Below, one piece after another: positions 1 to 13,537 of a stretch of DNA of 64,000 nucleotides; within the stretch, counting starts at the first letter, position 1; the number at the start of each line of letters is the position of its first letter. Source of the stretch: Chrysomallon squamiferum (Eukaryota > Animalia > Mollusca); the NCBI GenBank assembly GCA_012295275.1, contig CM022675.1:2976001-3040000 (forward strand). The letters are read 5' to 3'. The position numbers were made by a program, and so were the translations under genes. The notes under the pieces are model-generated. The model made no database searches. It had not been told where the DNA came from and saw only the letters and a program-made list of their open reading frames with translations.

Positions 1-200
1 TTTGGTATAAATTAATATTAATTATCAAATCATTAAGAATTCTGTGAATTCTTTTTTTGTATTTATTTTTGATTTTTTCATCATGTAAGTTTATCAAGTA
101 CAAGTTTTTGGATTAAACTTTTCTCTGAAGATTTGGTATAAATTAATACTAATTATCAAATCATTAAGAATTGTGTGAAGTTTTTGGATTAAACGTTTCT
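1..200. repeat. Short direct duplication (~131-bp period)
   Basis: tttggtataaattaata..aattatcaaatcattaagaatt.tgtgaa occurs at 1 and 132; tttttggattaaac occurs twice. Confidence 0.6.
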
Positions 201-884
201 CTGGTTTCAGATTAAATTATTATTTTTTAAGTATTTAATTTAGATCATTTTTCATTATCATACCATAAGTACTGGATGTACTGGCTTCATCTGTTTTAAT
301 GTTCCTGTTATTGTACTGAAATGTAATTACTAGAAGACTGCTTTTTTCTGCTTTTTTAATTTTGTTATATTTTCTTAATAAAAGTTTTAAAACATTATTT
401 AGTTGTTTAGTGTAACATGCTGAAGTTTTGTTTAAACTTTGCTCCAGTTGTAAACTATTATTTATTTTATTCTGACATTTTATTTCATCACACACACACA
501 CACACACACACACACTCCAAACACACATATATACATATAGCTTATACCATACACACAATCATACAAACAAAAAGATGCATACATATATACCAGACTTCCA
601 CACACACACACTCTCACACATACATACACACAAACATACATTCACACCACAAACATGTATACATACATACATGTATTTCCATCTATACATCCCTCCCTCC
701 CTCCCTCCATCTATATATCATGTACATACACACTTCTGTACTTACCTCTGTTGTTTTTGCTTTTGTTTTTCATATTTGTCTTTAGATTCTTACTTACCCT
801 TTCTTTTCTTGGACAAATCAGTTTGTCAGATGAAAACACGTATTTACACAGGTCCATGTTCTCTGCTCGAATACAACCATAACC

Positions 885-2735
885 GAACATGAACTGTGAA
901 GTGATCTGATTGTCAGACAAGCACTGAACATGAACTGTTAAGTGATCTGATTGTCAGACAAGCACTGAACATGAACTGTAAAGTGATCTGATTGTAAGAC
1001 AAGAACTGAACATGAACTGTTAAGTGATCTGATTGTCAGACAAGCACTGAACATGAACTGTTAAGTGATTTGATTGTAAGACAAGCACTGAACATGAACT
1101 GTAAAGTGATCTGATTGTAAGACAAGCACTGAACATGAACTGTAAAGTGATCTGATTGTAAGACAAGCACTGAACATGAACTGTTAAGTGATCTGATTGT
1201 AAGACAAGCACTGAACATGAACTGTAAAGTGATCTGATTGTAAGACAAGCACTGAACATGAACTGTAAAGTGATCTGATTGTCAGACAAGCACTGAACAT
1301 GAACTGTTAAGTGATCTGATTGTAAGACAAGCACTGAACATGAACTGTTAAGTGATCTGATTGTAAGACAAGCACTGAACATGAACTGTTAAGTGATCTG
1401 ATTGTCAGACAAGCACTGAACATGAACTGTGAAGTGATCTGATTGTCAGACAAGCACTGAACATGAACTGTGAAGTGATTTGATTGTAAGACAATGGCTG
1501 AACATGAACTATTAAGTGATCTGATTGTAAGACAATGGCTGAACATGAACTATTAAGTGATCTGATTGTAAGACAATGGCTGGACATGAACTGTTAAGTG
1601 ATCTGATTGTAAGACAATGGCTGGACATGAACTGTTAAGTGATCTGATTGTGATTGGACATGAACTATTAAGTGATCTGATTGTAAGACAATGGCTGGAC
1701 ATGAACTGTTAAGTGATCTGATTGTAAGACAATGGCTGGACATGAACTGTTAAGTGATCTGATTGTCAGACAATGGCTGGACATGAACTATTAAGTGATT
1801 TGATTGTCAGACAATAGCTGAACATGAACTGTAAAGTGATCTGATTGTCAGACAAGCACTGAGCATGAACTATGAAGTGATTTGATTGTCAGACAAGCAC
1901 TGAACATGAACTGTTAAGTGATCTGATTGTAAGACAATGGCTGGACATGAATTGGGAAGTGATCTGATTGTAAGACAAGGGCTGAACATGAATTGGGAAG
2001 TGATCTGATTGTAAGACAAGCACTGAACATGAACTGTTAAGTGATCTGATTGTCAGACAAGCACTGAACATGAACTGTGAAGTGATCTGATTGTCAGACA
2101 AGCACTGAACATGAACTGTGAAGTGATTTGATTGTAAGACAATGGCTGAACATGAACTATTAAGTGATCTGATTGTAAGACAATGGCTGAACATGAACTA
2201 TTAAGTGATCTGATTGTAAGACAATGGCTGGACATGAACTGTTAAGTGATCTGATTGTAAGACAATGGCTGGACATGAACTGTTAAGTGATCTGATTGTC
2301 AGACAATGGCTGGACATGAACTGTTAAGTGATCTGATTGTAAGACAATGGCTGGACATGAACTGTTAATTGATCTGATTGTAAGACAATGGCTGGACATG
2401 AACTGTGAAGTGATTTGATTGTCAGACAATGGCTGGACATGAACTGTTAAGTGATTTGATTGTCGGACAATAGCTGAACATGAACTGTAAAGTGATCTGA
2501 TTGTCAGACAAGCACTGAGCATGAACTATGAAGTGATTTGATTGTCAGACAAGCACTGAACATGAACTGTTAAGTGATCTGATTGTAAGACAATGGCTGG
2601 ACATGAATTGGGAAGTGATCTGATTGTAAGACAAGGGCTGAACATGAATTGGGAAGTGATCTGATTGTAAGACAAGCACTGAACATGAACTGGGAAGTGA
2701 TTTGATTGTCAGACAAGGGCCGGGCATGAACTGGG
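885..2735. repeat. 41-bp tandem satellite/minisatellite, ~45 copies, with a ~16-monomer higher-order duplication
   Basis: Monomer gaacatgaactgttaagtgatctgattgtaagacaagcact, with variants caatggctgg and gggaagtg. Variant patterns recur at offsets of 648-656 bp (16x41=656). Confidence 0.95.
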
Positions 2736-3625
2736 ATATGGATGACCAGATTTACATCAACATGGATGTGAGCTATTGTTTGCAGGTCCAATTTTCTGTA
2801 TAGACAAAGATGTTAAATGTAAATACCTCATTTACTGGGCAGGTGAACAAGGTGTTGAACTTTTTGTTAGTTGGGAAATGTCCGGCGAAGATGAGAAATT
2901 ACTCGCAAACTCCTGGGCAGGGTTGGAAACCTGTAAAAGCTCAAAGAACTAGAATCCTTTGAGCCTCAGAAACATTTTGTAAATTAATGAAGAAAGACAC
3001 TTTGTTTCTTATGGCAGCCAGAACATCAGAAAGACTTTGAAGTGGTAAATGATGACACCACAAAGTCTCTGGTACTGGCATATTATGATGAAAACAAGAT
3101 GTGATCCAGTCAGATGCTAGTCTCAAAGGGCTAAGATGCATACTGATGCAGGATGACAAACATGTATGCTATGGCAGTCGATTGCACACAGAACTAGAAA
3201 AGTTTAACAATTATGTCTATGGTAAGCATATCATCGTGGAAACTGACCATGAACCATTTGAGAGCATTTGGAAAAACAGCTTTGCATCTCCCAGATTACA
3301 GCGTCTCCTGCTCAGAATGTCAGAGTAAGATTTAAAGGAAATGATACACTGTGCTTGGCCAGAATATAGCAGTGTCTGTCCACCCGATTGGAATGAATAC
3401 TGGACTCTGAGAGAAGATTTAAATGTCGAGAAGAGCTTGGCCTTGAAGGGACACTGTCCAGTAATCCCAGACAAACTGCGTTCTTAGATGTTTAAAATCA
3501 TCCACAACAACATCTTGGGTCTGAGAAATGCCAGCTGACGGCTAAATATTGCTTGTTCTGGCCTGGTAGCTAGTAAAGAGATGACTGCCTCATGTAAAAC
3601 ATGCAGACAGCTTTCAAAACTATTT
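2705..3625 (+). mobile_element. Degenerate Ty3/Gypsy LTR-retrotransposon remnant (gag, RNase H and integrase Zn-finger fragments)
   Basis: Gag-like PGMNWD..CELLFAGP..KCKYLIYWAGEQGVELFVSW. RNase H IQSDASLKGLRCILMQ..YGSR..LEKFNNYVYGKHIIVETDHEPFESIWK..SPRLQRLLLRM (3101-3328). Integrase HHCC-like IHN.HLG.EKCQL.AKYCLFWPG..C..C at ~3500-3605. Many stops and deletions. Confidence 0.85.
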
Positions 3626-4731
3626 CACCAGCATGTAATCTGTAATGAAAGATGTTAATTTTGATTGTAAATAACACATCATGAATCTGAATGTGTTTAA
3701 AACATATTGAATATGAAATTTATTATGCATTAGTGATATTTTATGTTATGTTATTTATTTATTTATTTATTTATTTTTAATATATTAATTTTTTAATGTG
3801 AGCAGTTTACAGGAATTGTTTTATTTTATGGATTAATTTGAGTTTGTGTGTGCATGGGGATCTTAAAAAACAAATTTACAATGTGGCAAACATTATCTCA
3901 CATTAATATTTCCAGTGGCTGGTAAAACAGCATAGTTTTTGATAAATGAAGATATTAGCTGTAACAGGAAACATTCTAAAATATACATTATGAAATATTG
4001 AGACAATAAGAGAAAAAACAACAACACAAATATTTTCTCTAATCATTTATTTTTAACAAAAACACAAATGAAAATGCATTAAAAATAAAAAAAATAATTA
4101 TTTTCCCATACAAAACTTAACATCATACCTTGATGCAAAAACAAGAGGAACAAATAAAAAATACTGAAAATTATTACTGAGCATTCATGTGCGTATTTCA
4201 CAACCATGTTTAAACAGTTGAAAGATGGACAAAAATAAATGTTAATTTAAAATAAAAATGACTGAAATGGAACAAGAAAAGAATATGAAAAAGGAAAAAA
4301 ATTGTTAAATCAATTTAAATATTTTCATTTAAAAGAGAAAAATAACATAAATGAAATATTGCCAGAAATTTACAATAAATTATTTTAGGCTTATTTTATA
4401 CCAAAAACATTATTTTAACATTATTTTATTAAATGAAACATTAATTAAGTTCTTAAATTACAACTTAATTAATCTTATGTATTACACATATTTACTATAT
4501 AGTTTTTTTTTTTTTTTGACATAGGAAAAAAAAGAAAAGAAAACAGAACAAAACCCCCACCAAATCAACATGTTCTGTTTAAAACATTGATATTTGTTAC
4601 TCAGAATAGTTCAGTAACAGAATTAACATTTATATATGAAGACTTTTAATGTTGATTTCAAAACTGCTGTAACCCAAATATTGCAAACATTTATCATTAA
4701 AACAGAGAACTTTCAAGAAAACAAGAAGTTC

Positions 4732-4788
<57 letters not shown>

Positions 4789-6115
4789 TATAATTATTAA
4801 ATATTTAAGTACTGACTGTTAATGACATCTGAATGTAAGTTGTTTACACATGCAGACACACCCTGCCTCACCAACACATGCACATCTAATGCACAGACAC
4901 ACAGAGGTAAATTCAGAGAGTTCACAGCACTTTTATCACATTCCAGATAAGAAAATAAAATACTATTTACAAAAAAAAAAAGTAAGGAACCAAGAAATGC
5001 ATATAGTATTGAATATTCACTAGACATAATTAGCTGATATAACGCTGGTCAAAAGTTTCCAAACAATATGGATGCCATCCATATTTTACTCATGTAGTGT
5101 CAAAGATACATCTTAAAAACATTAAAACAGCTTTATAAAGTAAATTATTCACACAGCCTAGTATCAACGAATAAAGTAAAATTAATATATTTTAAAAATG
5201 CCATCTTGAACATATAATAGTCAAAATTTTCAATCAAATTAGAAAACAAACAAATGAATTTTAAACAAAGAAAATAAAACATAACAACCTTTCAAACTAC
5301 CATTTCTCATCAGACAGAATTTTATGGCAAAATTCTGTATTATCAAGAATGTAATTAAAAACAAACAAAACTAAGGTAAAATAAAAAGTCACATCTTATT
5401 AAAATTTAGCATATCTAATAATATTAAATAATAAAAATAGTAATAAAGTAAAACATAACAATAATAATAATGATAAAAATGAAAATAATGATGATGATAA
5501 TAAAAATAAAATAAGAGTTGTAAAAAAATTCAGTGAATGTGACAGTAAGTAAGAAAAGAAAAACACTACTCAAAACATTTAGTAACAATTATCTTCTTTT
5601 TCTAATTATAGAATAAATTTCTTAATTATTATTTTATACTGAATTTTTTTTTTTTTATGTTATTTTATATACCTGATTTTTTAATGATTTTTAAAAATAT
5701 ATAAATGTATTTAAATATGATTTCTGGGAAAAGTATTTGATCACTTTTGAACATGATAATTTTGATAGACTCATTAAGTTACATTACTAAGTTTGACTTT
5801 GTTCAGGTAGTAGTTTTGAGCTAATAACACATTTTATTTATCCATTGTCAACTCAATTGTTAAACATACAGGATATAATTAGTTACATAAACAAATAATA
5901 ATAATAATAATTAAAAAACAGCAATAGAGAAACATCCACCTCAAATAATTATTATCTATATTCATATATACATAAATAAAGAATGAAAAAGGAAGCAGAA
6001 AATAACAAAATAATAAAAAATAAAATAATAATAATAATAATAATAATAAAGTAAATAATAATAATAACAAATTAATTATTTTGACATTTAAAAATGATCT
6101 AGAATTAACACGTTT

Positions 6116-6440
6116 CTGTTGTTTTGTAACTGTTGCTATGACAGCTCACACTGTTGTTTTGTAACTGTTGCTATGACAGCTCACACTCTGTTGTTTTGTA
6201 ACTGTTGCTATGACAGCTCACACTCTGTTGTTTTGTAACTGTTGCTATGACAGCTCACACTGTTGTTTTGTAACTGTTATTATGACAGCTCACACTGTTG
6301 TTTTGTAACTGTTGCTATGACAGCTCACACTCTGTTGTTTTGTAACTGTCGCTATGACAGCTCACACTGTTGTTTTGTAACTGTTGCTATGACAGCTCAC
6401 ACTCTGTTGTTTTGTAACTGTTACTATGACAGCTCACACT
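6116..6440. repeat. 35/37-bp minisatellite (~9 copies) at the start of the frizzled 3' UTR, overlapping the stop codon
   Basis: Unit ctgttgttttgtaactgttgctatgacagctcaca(ct). The last unit contains the reverse complement of the terminal GTG TGA of the frizzled ORF. Confidence 0.9.
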
Positions 6441-8047
6441 CGAGTCTGCGGTGTTTGTGGGATGAAAAAGCGAATCCACGTGCGGGCTGTCTTTTCATTC
6501 AGCAGCCACAAACTGGATGCAGCGCCACCTGCGAGAGACATGATGATCTGCAACACGTAGATCTCCACTGCTGGAATAGACCGGTCCAAGGAACAGTCGT
6601 AATAACTAACACAAGGTTTGTCCATAGCCTGGGCTGTCCACTCGCCGAAGTTAATCATTTCATACCACAGACATCCGATAACACATACAGCAGCAGTAAC
6701 ATATACTGCGGTAAAAATGCCCATTTTGGTCATCAACACTTCCAATTTTTTAATATATAATCCGTCCTCTTTTAAAATAATTTTAGCGCGAAATAAAGAA
6801 ACAAATCCTGACAGAATGAGTCCAGTACCGACAACAACGAACAAGATTTGAGGTGTTAAAACGAACACAGTCTCAGCTGTGACGTCATCAACTGACACTT
6901 GACATAGTCCTGTAAGTTCATTGCCCTCAACTCTTCTCATTGTCACTATGGTGATGGTCATAACTGCAGGAATGATCCAGGAAGCTAGGTGGAAATAACC
7001 ACTGCAAGACTTTATTGCTTCTTGTCCCCATTTCTTGTTTGCTGACAAAAACCAACACAGTGTCAGGATGACCCACCAGATGGAAGTTGCCATCCTGAAA
7101 TAGTACAGTAAAATAAACAGTATGTTACAGCGCGTGCTCTCGATCCCTGCCTGAATGAGAAACATACGACCATCCGGTCTGGTACCGCACGATACTCTAT
7201 CCGCTCCTTTTATTATACTGACCACGACAGCCATAGAATACACAGCATAACACATCGCCATAAATATAACTGGTCTTTGGGGGTATTTGAATCTTGAGTT
7301 ATCCATAACCAAGGTGAGTACAGTAAGCGTAGAACAAACACAACACACGACTGCCCAGGTCACCATACACAGCCGGAAATACACTTTATCTGACTGACTG
7401 AAATACACGTCGACGTCACAACGAGGCGCACACGATTTATTTGCTTGAAGGTGACTTATGTGAACGAACCTGGCTGGACAGATGTCGTTGTGCTGGGTGT
7501 CAGACGTCTCAGATGTTGATTTTATCAAAGTCTCGAAGTCTTTTTTCATCTCTGGATCCATGAGACTATTGTTCACTTGTTGAGTTATATTGGGCGGCTC
7601 TATACACAGAGTGCTAGAGACATTTCCAGACTCTGGCAGCTTCTCGCACGATAAAGGATCCGGCCAGGAAAAGTGAAATTTGTTGAGAATGGGTTCACAC
7701 TTTGACTTTACCTCGAGACACAGAGAACGACAAGGCGAAATGGTAAACGTCACTTCGTCAAATTCAGTACACATCGGAACATACACTGAGCACAGGAAAA
7801 ACTTCAATAATGGTGAACATCCAAACTGAACAAGAGGAAAAAATAGTTGTACCTGAAGATCTGCTTCATACAAACTCCTGTCTCCAACCAGATTGGGCAT
7901 TCGAGTCATGTTGTACCCTACGTCCGAGCACGTGGATTTCGTAATAGGCTCGCACTTGACATTGTGTTCGAACGACGTGGAACACACAGCTGACGGCGAC
8001 GACGTCCATAGCACAAAGATTAAAACGAGCAGAACTGACCCCGGCAT
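6434..8047 (-). CDS. FZD9/10: Frizzled-9/10-like Wnt receptor (class F GPCR), single exon, divergent
   Basis: 537-aa ORF with a signal peptide and 10-Cys CRD (CEPIT..C..VGYNMTRMPNL..FFLCSVYVPMC..PC..C..C..W.C). Also 7 TM helices, RFKYPQRP, KKWGQEAI, MRRVEGNELTG, ILSGFV and SIPAVEI (FZD9/10-type), KTxxxW (KTARTW) and a C-terminal PDZ-type QTRV. Confidence 0.93.
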   Translation of the reverse strand: MPGSVLLVLIFVLWTSSPSAVCSTSFEHNVKCEPITKSTCSDVGYNMTRMPNLVGDRSLYEADLQVQLFFPLVQFGCSPLLKFFLCSVYVPMCTEFDEVTFTISPCRSLCLEVKSKCEPILNKFHFSWPDPLSCEKLPESGNVSSTLCIEPPNITQQVNNSLMDPEMKKDFETLIKSTSETSDTQHNDICPARFVHISHLQANKSCAPRCDVDVYFSQSDKVYFRLCMVTWAVVCCVCSTLTVLTLVMDNSRFKYPQRPVIFMAMCYAVYSMAVVVSIIKGADRVSCGTRPDGRMFLIQAGIESTRCNILFILLYYFRMATSIWWVILTLCWFLSANKKWGQEAIKSCSGYFHLASWIIPAVMTITIVTMRRVEGNELTGLCQVSVDDVTAETVFVLTPQILFVVVGTGLILSGFVSLFRAKIILKEDGLYIKKLEVLMTKMGIFTAVYVTAAVCVIGCLWYEMINFGEWTAQAMDKPCVSYYDCSLDRSIPAVEIYVLQIIMSLAGGAASSLWLLNEKTARTWIRFFIPQTPQTRV

Positions 8048-9184
8048 CTTACCCGCGTCTCATTTTTTACTTCTTATAATAATCGTATCCGTACAAACAA
8101 ACTGCGATTCGAACGTTTCAGACTAATGTAAACAATTATGTATTCATCCGCCGTATGCATTCTAATAATTATTCCCTTCAGAGCTTCGTAAAAAAAAAAA
8201 AAAAAATCTTTCCTAACACACAACACACATATGCGCACAAGCACACACACACACATATAAAAGAATATTAGAAATGTTCAAATCTTTGTCCGTTCTTGGT
8301 GCGGAGATATTTCTGGTGAAACGTTAACAGGTTTGTATTATAATTTTCTCTGTGATTTATTAATTTAAAAACAAAAAACTCTAATTTAAAAAAAAAAAAA
8401 TTAATTACATATTTATTTAATATTTTCGATTATCATTTTCAATTAGGTATAATATTTGAGTGTTAATGTTCTTCAATGTGTTTGCAGCGGCTTTTTATTT
8501 TTTAATAAACTAATTTTGTTGATGTTTTTGTTTTCATTATTAGAGGTTTGATGTCTGGCTTTTGCTTATATATGTATAAACAGCTGAGTGTAAATACAAT
8601 AATTATTATATAAAACTTAATATATAAATGAAATGAGTAATGATATTAAAAATACAAAATTTAATAAAATACATAAACAACAACAACAACAACAACAAGT
8701 AGTAGTATCATCATAAAAAAAATACCAGACAACAACAACAACAAACAAAAAAATAATAATATAATGCAATTAATTTTCTTTTTAGTTTTAATTATGGGTA
8801 TTATTTTTATTTTTAGATAGAAAATGACTTTATGTTCATAAATAAGGAAATTACAGATTGAAATACACTGGTAACAAATACTGATAATAAATATTAACTA
8901 CTGCAGCTACCACATCCAATGCTGCTGCTGCTGCTGCTGTTTCTGTGATTATAACTTACTACTTCTGATACATCTACTACTACAACTACTAGTATTACTG
9001 TTGCTACTAGTATTACTACCATTGCTACTACTACTATTATTGCTACTGCTACTATTTTAATTACTACAACTACTACTACTTTAACTGCTACTACTATATA
9101 CTATGACATTATATTAGTATTGCTACTACTATTAATGCATCTGCTTCTGTTATTTTTAAAGGCATAGATTGCTGTTTTTACACT

Positions 9185-9430
9185 AATTTCTATCACTTTT
9201 CTTATGTTACAACTACTCATACTTGTTAACTGCTATCACAAGGTAATTTCTATCACTTTTCTTGTGTTACAACTGCTGATACTTGTTAACTGCTATCACA
9301 AGGTAATTTCTATCACTTTTCTTATATTACAACTGCTGATACTTGTTAACTGCTATCACAAGGTAATTTCTATCACTTTTCTTGTTACAACTACTCATAC
9401 TTGTTAACTGCTATCACAAGGTAATTTCTA
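9185..9430. repeat. ~60-bp minisatellite, ~4 copies
   Basis: taatttctatcacttttctt..gttacaact.ct.atacttgttaactgctatcacaagg repeated. Confidence 0.9.
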
Positions 9431-9548
9431 CTATGTGTTACTGACATTTAGTATTGCGAGTCATCTTAATTTAGTTTTATCATTATTATTATTATATTTT
9501 AATTTTATTTAATGTAGTTAAAATTATTCCATTATTTGTTTGTTTGTT

Positions 9549-9583
<35 letters not shown>

Positions 9584-9931
9584 CAGTCATTTAAACTCAG
9601 AAGTCAAACTGTTGGGTTGATGGCAAAATAAAAAATTCAGTTTGTTCAACTATTTTGGCAGCCAAAACAAGAGACAGGAAGAAGTTTGTCAGCTGAACAA
9701 GTCTGTCACCTTCTGTGACAAATGCAGACCAAAATTCCATGAATCAAGCAGCCAAAGTGTAAAAAACTGAAAGGTCTGATTTTGAAATAATAATATTTCT
9801 TAATGTGCACGCTTAACACATGTTTATGGAGGCTACTGTAATATTGCATTTGTTTCAGATGACAGGAACAATTCTCATTTTTATTTAATCAGTTAGTTTA
9901 ATCAGTGTCCACTCCTGATAACTTTATACCA

Positions 9932-10157
9932 CACTTCACTGATACATACACACAACAGTTCACATTCAGATAGTACTTCAGTATTTTCACTTCACTGATA
10001 CATACACACAACAGTTCACATTCAGATAGTACTTCAGTATTTTCACTTCACTGATACATACACACAACAGTTCACATTCAGATAGTACTTGAGTATTTTC
10101 ACTTCACTGATACATACACACAACAGTTCACATTCAGATAGTACTTCAGTATTTTCC
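9932..10157. repeat. 56-bp minisatellite, 4 copies
   Basis: cacttcactgatacatacacacaacagttcacattcagatagtacttcagtatttt starting at 9932, 9988, 10044 and 10100. Confidence 0.92.
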
Positions 10158-10552
10158 CCTCTGTTTCATAGATTAATCTGGCATCAAATTCCAGACTAAC
10201 TATTTGAGATTTCTTGTTTTGGTTTACTCTTCTGATTTTTTCACTTTATCTTTAACTGTGTTTCTTTAACTGTTAACAAGCATGAAGAAAACAGTTCATT
10301 TTGGAACAGTTCATGATTAGAATTAAAGTTCATGTTATTATAAAGAAATCTTTCAATATCGAACACTTTGTTTCACTATTAATTAGTTTTTAGTTGTTCC
10401 AAAATAAATATTTCAAATTATTCTGTTCTGTCTTTAATTATTTATATTGTAAGCTAGAGTTATCAAACCTGAATATGAACATCTTAACAACTGAAGAACA
10501 TTTTTATTCAGCTGTTCAGGGTAACAGTGAATAATGAATGCAGTCTGTCATT

Positions 10553-10872
10553 ATATAAAATCACATTCAATATGATAATAATTTAACTATATTTCAATCA
10601 ACAGCAGGATTTATAGTGTTATAGTGTTAAAATATAAAATCACATTCAATATGATAATAATTTAACTATATTTCAATCAACAGCAGGATTTATAGTGTTA
10701 AAAGGCAAACACAAATTCAGAATGATAATAAGTATATTTCAATCAACAATTTTGGTTTAAAAGATAAATTCTAATTTGGTGTGATAATAATTTAACTATA
10801 TGCAGTCAGAAATAATTTTGGGGTTTTATAGTATTAAAAAGCAAAATGAAATTCAGTCTGATAATAATTTAA
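10553..10872. repeat. Degenerating tandem repeat (~55-80 bp units)
   Basis: atataaaatcacattcaatatgataataatttaactatatttcaatcaacagcaggatttatagtgtt twice, followed by decayed copies. Confidence 0.7.
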
Positions 10873-11072
10873 CACTAAATGGTGGGATTTGTGGTAATCC
10901 TGTCTTCTTTGGTTATTGCTAGATTCCAATCACAGCTCAAGTAACAGCAGTACAACCAGAAATTAAAAAAACAAAGAAAAAACAATAAAATTCACAATAA
11001 TCATTCAAAGCTGATACATGACTGGTTTGTTTGGTGTTTATTTGTTCTGGTTTTATCTCTGTAGCAGTCAGT

Positions 11073-11190
11073 ATTATACTTAAGTGTTTTAGTAAATACT
11101 GTTGATTTATATTATACTTTAGTGTTTTAGTAAATACTGTAGATTTATATTATACGTTAGTGTTTTAGTAAATAATGTTGATTTATATTA
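11073..11190. repeat. ~39-bp minisatellite, 3 copies
   Basis: tattatact.tagtgttttagtaaatactgt.gatttata repeated. Confidence 0.8.
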
Positions 11191-11277
11191 TTTATATGTA
11201 ACAGTCTGTGAGTATGCTATTCTGGAGTACCATATGTGATAACTGTGTTGTTGTTTTTTATTCAGTAAACTGCACAA

Positions 11278-11722
11278 TATCTCTGATACAGTATTTAAAT
11301 CAGACTATTATAATGAATGTATTGTCTCTGATACAGTGTTTAAATCAGACTATTATAATGAATGTATTGTCTCTGATACAGTATATAAATGATAATGAAT
11401 GTATTGTCTTTGATACAGTGTTTAAATCAGACTATTATAATGAATGTATTGTCTCTGATACAGTGTTTAAATCAGACTATTATAATGAATGTATTGTCTC
11501 TGATACAGTATATATAAATGATAATGAATGTATTGTCTTTGATACAGTGTTTAAATCAGACTATTATAATGAATGTATTGTCTCTGATACAGTGTTTAAA
11601 TCAGACTATTATAATGAATGTATTGTCTCTGATACAGTGTTTAAATCAGACTATTATAATGAATGTATTGTCTCTGATACAGTGTTTAAATCAGACTATT
11701 ATAATGAATGTATTGTCTCTGA
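11278..11722. repeat. 45-bp minisatellite, ~10 copies with short variants
   Basis: tctctgatacagtgtttaaatcagactattataatgaatgtattg repeated. It accounts for the repetitive ORFs 11208-11819 and 11518-11727. Confidence 0.92.
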
Positions 11723-12934
11723 TTTGATACATTTTGTAAACGTCTCTTTATTATCAAACACAGGTTTGTTGTATTTACACAAAACTACAGGGATTTATTA
11801 CGGCCTAAATTGTATTTAATTTTATGATTGTGGACTTTTTATCATTGAGAAATGAAGTATGAGGATGTATGTATGACTGAGAAATCAAGTTTATGAACAA
11901 ATGTAGAATTGTCAAATTGATTTTGTTGCATGTAGAAAAATGGTTTAATTTTCTGTAAAATTATTTTTAATTTTTTTTTTTATGATGGAGTCTGTTTGTT
12001 TGTAATATATCTTTTTATACTAAATTCCTACCTACACTTTATTCACACATTTCTTTTGTTAAATTACAATTTTTAAATTATAATAAAAATACTTATAAAT
12101 TATATTACAGGTTTTGTGTATTCATACATTTTTCATAAAAAAAACAGATTATGTTACTTTATTTTAGTTTTTGAAAAATAGATATAAAAATGATTAATGA
12201 AAAAATATTACATAAAGACAAAGAACATTTTTGATTTGTTTTCTTCTTTTTTTTTTTAAAATAGATTATTGATATAATTTTATTTTACTACTGAATTTTG
12301 TAGTGGAGAATAATATGAGGAACTGTTTTTATGTTAATTTGTAATTAACATTTGTTCTAAATTAAGATTACTGGCTTCAATAAAGATTAGAGAAATATCA
12401 GTGACTAATGGCTTTGACTGCTGTGTTGTAATTTTAATACTTTGGGTAACTTTTAAGTAATAATCTGTTTTCATTTCCAATGAATGACAGGGTTATTAAT
12501 TATAAATATTATATTTTTTAAGTAATCTAATTTTATTTATTACTTTTGTAGGATAAACAACCATTTTATATATATATATACACACACACACACACGCACA
12601 CACACACACACATATATAGATATAGATATAGATATGTATGTATATATATAAATAACTAAAGGTTTTTTTTCATATTCTTCAGTCATCGTGGTTTTGTTTT
12701 TCTCCAATTCTATTTTATTTTAGTCTTCGTCTTTATTCTTGTTTCTTCTAACGTTCAATCCTGTTGTTGTTATTTTTGTCTTAATCTACATATTCTAATT
12801 ATTTCATACTCAGACATACATACAGACAACTGTTGTTATATTTCTTGTAATTCACTCTTCTGTATTTGTTTTTTTCCTCTTCTTCTTTTTTCTTAATGTA
12901 TGTGTCCAAATGTTCTTTTCCACACACATTCACA

Positions 12935-13510
12935 AATATATATAATATATGCACATGCAGATTATAGGTACATGTACAATAAACATATAATATAATATAA
13001 CATATACACATGAAAGATAATAGATACATATACAAACATATACAATAAACATACACATAATATAATATATGCACATGCAGATTATAGATACATATACAAA
13101 CATATACAATAAACATACACATAATATAATATATGCACACACAGATAATAGATACATATACAAACATATACAATAAACATACACATAATATAATATATGC
13201 ACACGCAGATTATAGATACATATACAAACATATACAATAAACATACACATAATATAATATATGCACATGCAGATTATAGATACATATACAAACCGTGTAT
13301 GCACACGCAGATTATAGATACATACAAACGTGCAATAATAAACATGCACATGCAGATTATAGATACATATACAAACATGTACAATAAACACACGCAGATT
13401 ATAGATACATATACAAACGTACAATAAACATACACATATGCACATGCAGATTATAGATACATATACAAACATATATATGCACACATAATATATGCACATT
13501 ATAGATAAGC
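12935..13510. repeat. Complex ~60-bp minisatellite abutting the gap
   Basis: gcacatgcagattatagatacatatacaaacatatacaataaacatacacataatataatatat variants. Confidence 0.85.
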
Positions 13511-13537
13511 AATACGTAACTGAACGAAGCATACCAA

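Noticed and set aside
885-2735. 41-bp array as a CRISPR array or coding repeat
   Set aside because: The monomers are contiguous with no unique spacers, there are no cas genes and the context is eukaryotic. The ORFs over it are repeat artefacts.
6263-8126. Plus-strand ORFs 6263-6760, 6618-6851 and 7893-8126
   Set aside because: They are antisense shadows of frizzled or derived from the minisatellite, with no recognisable motifs.
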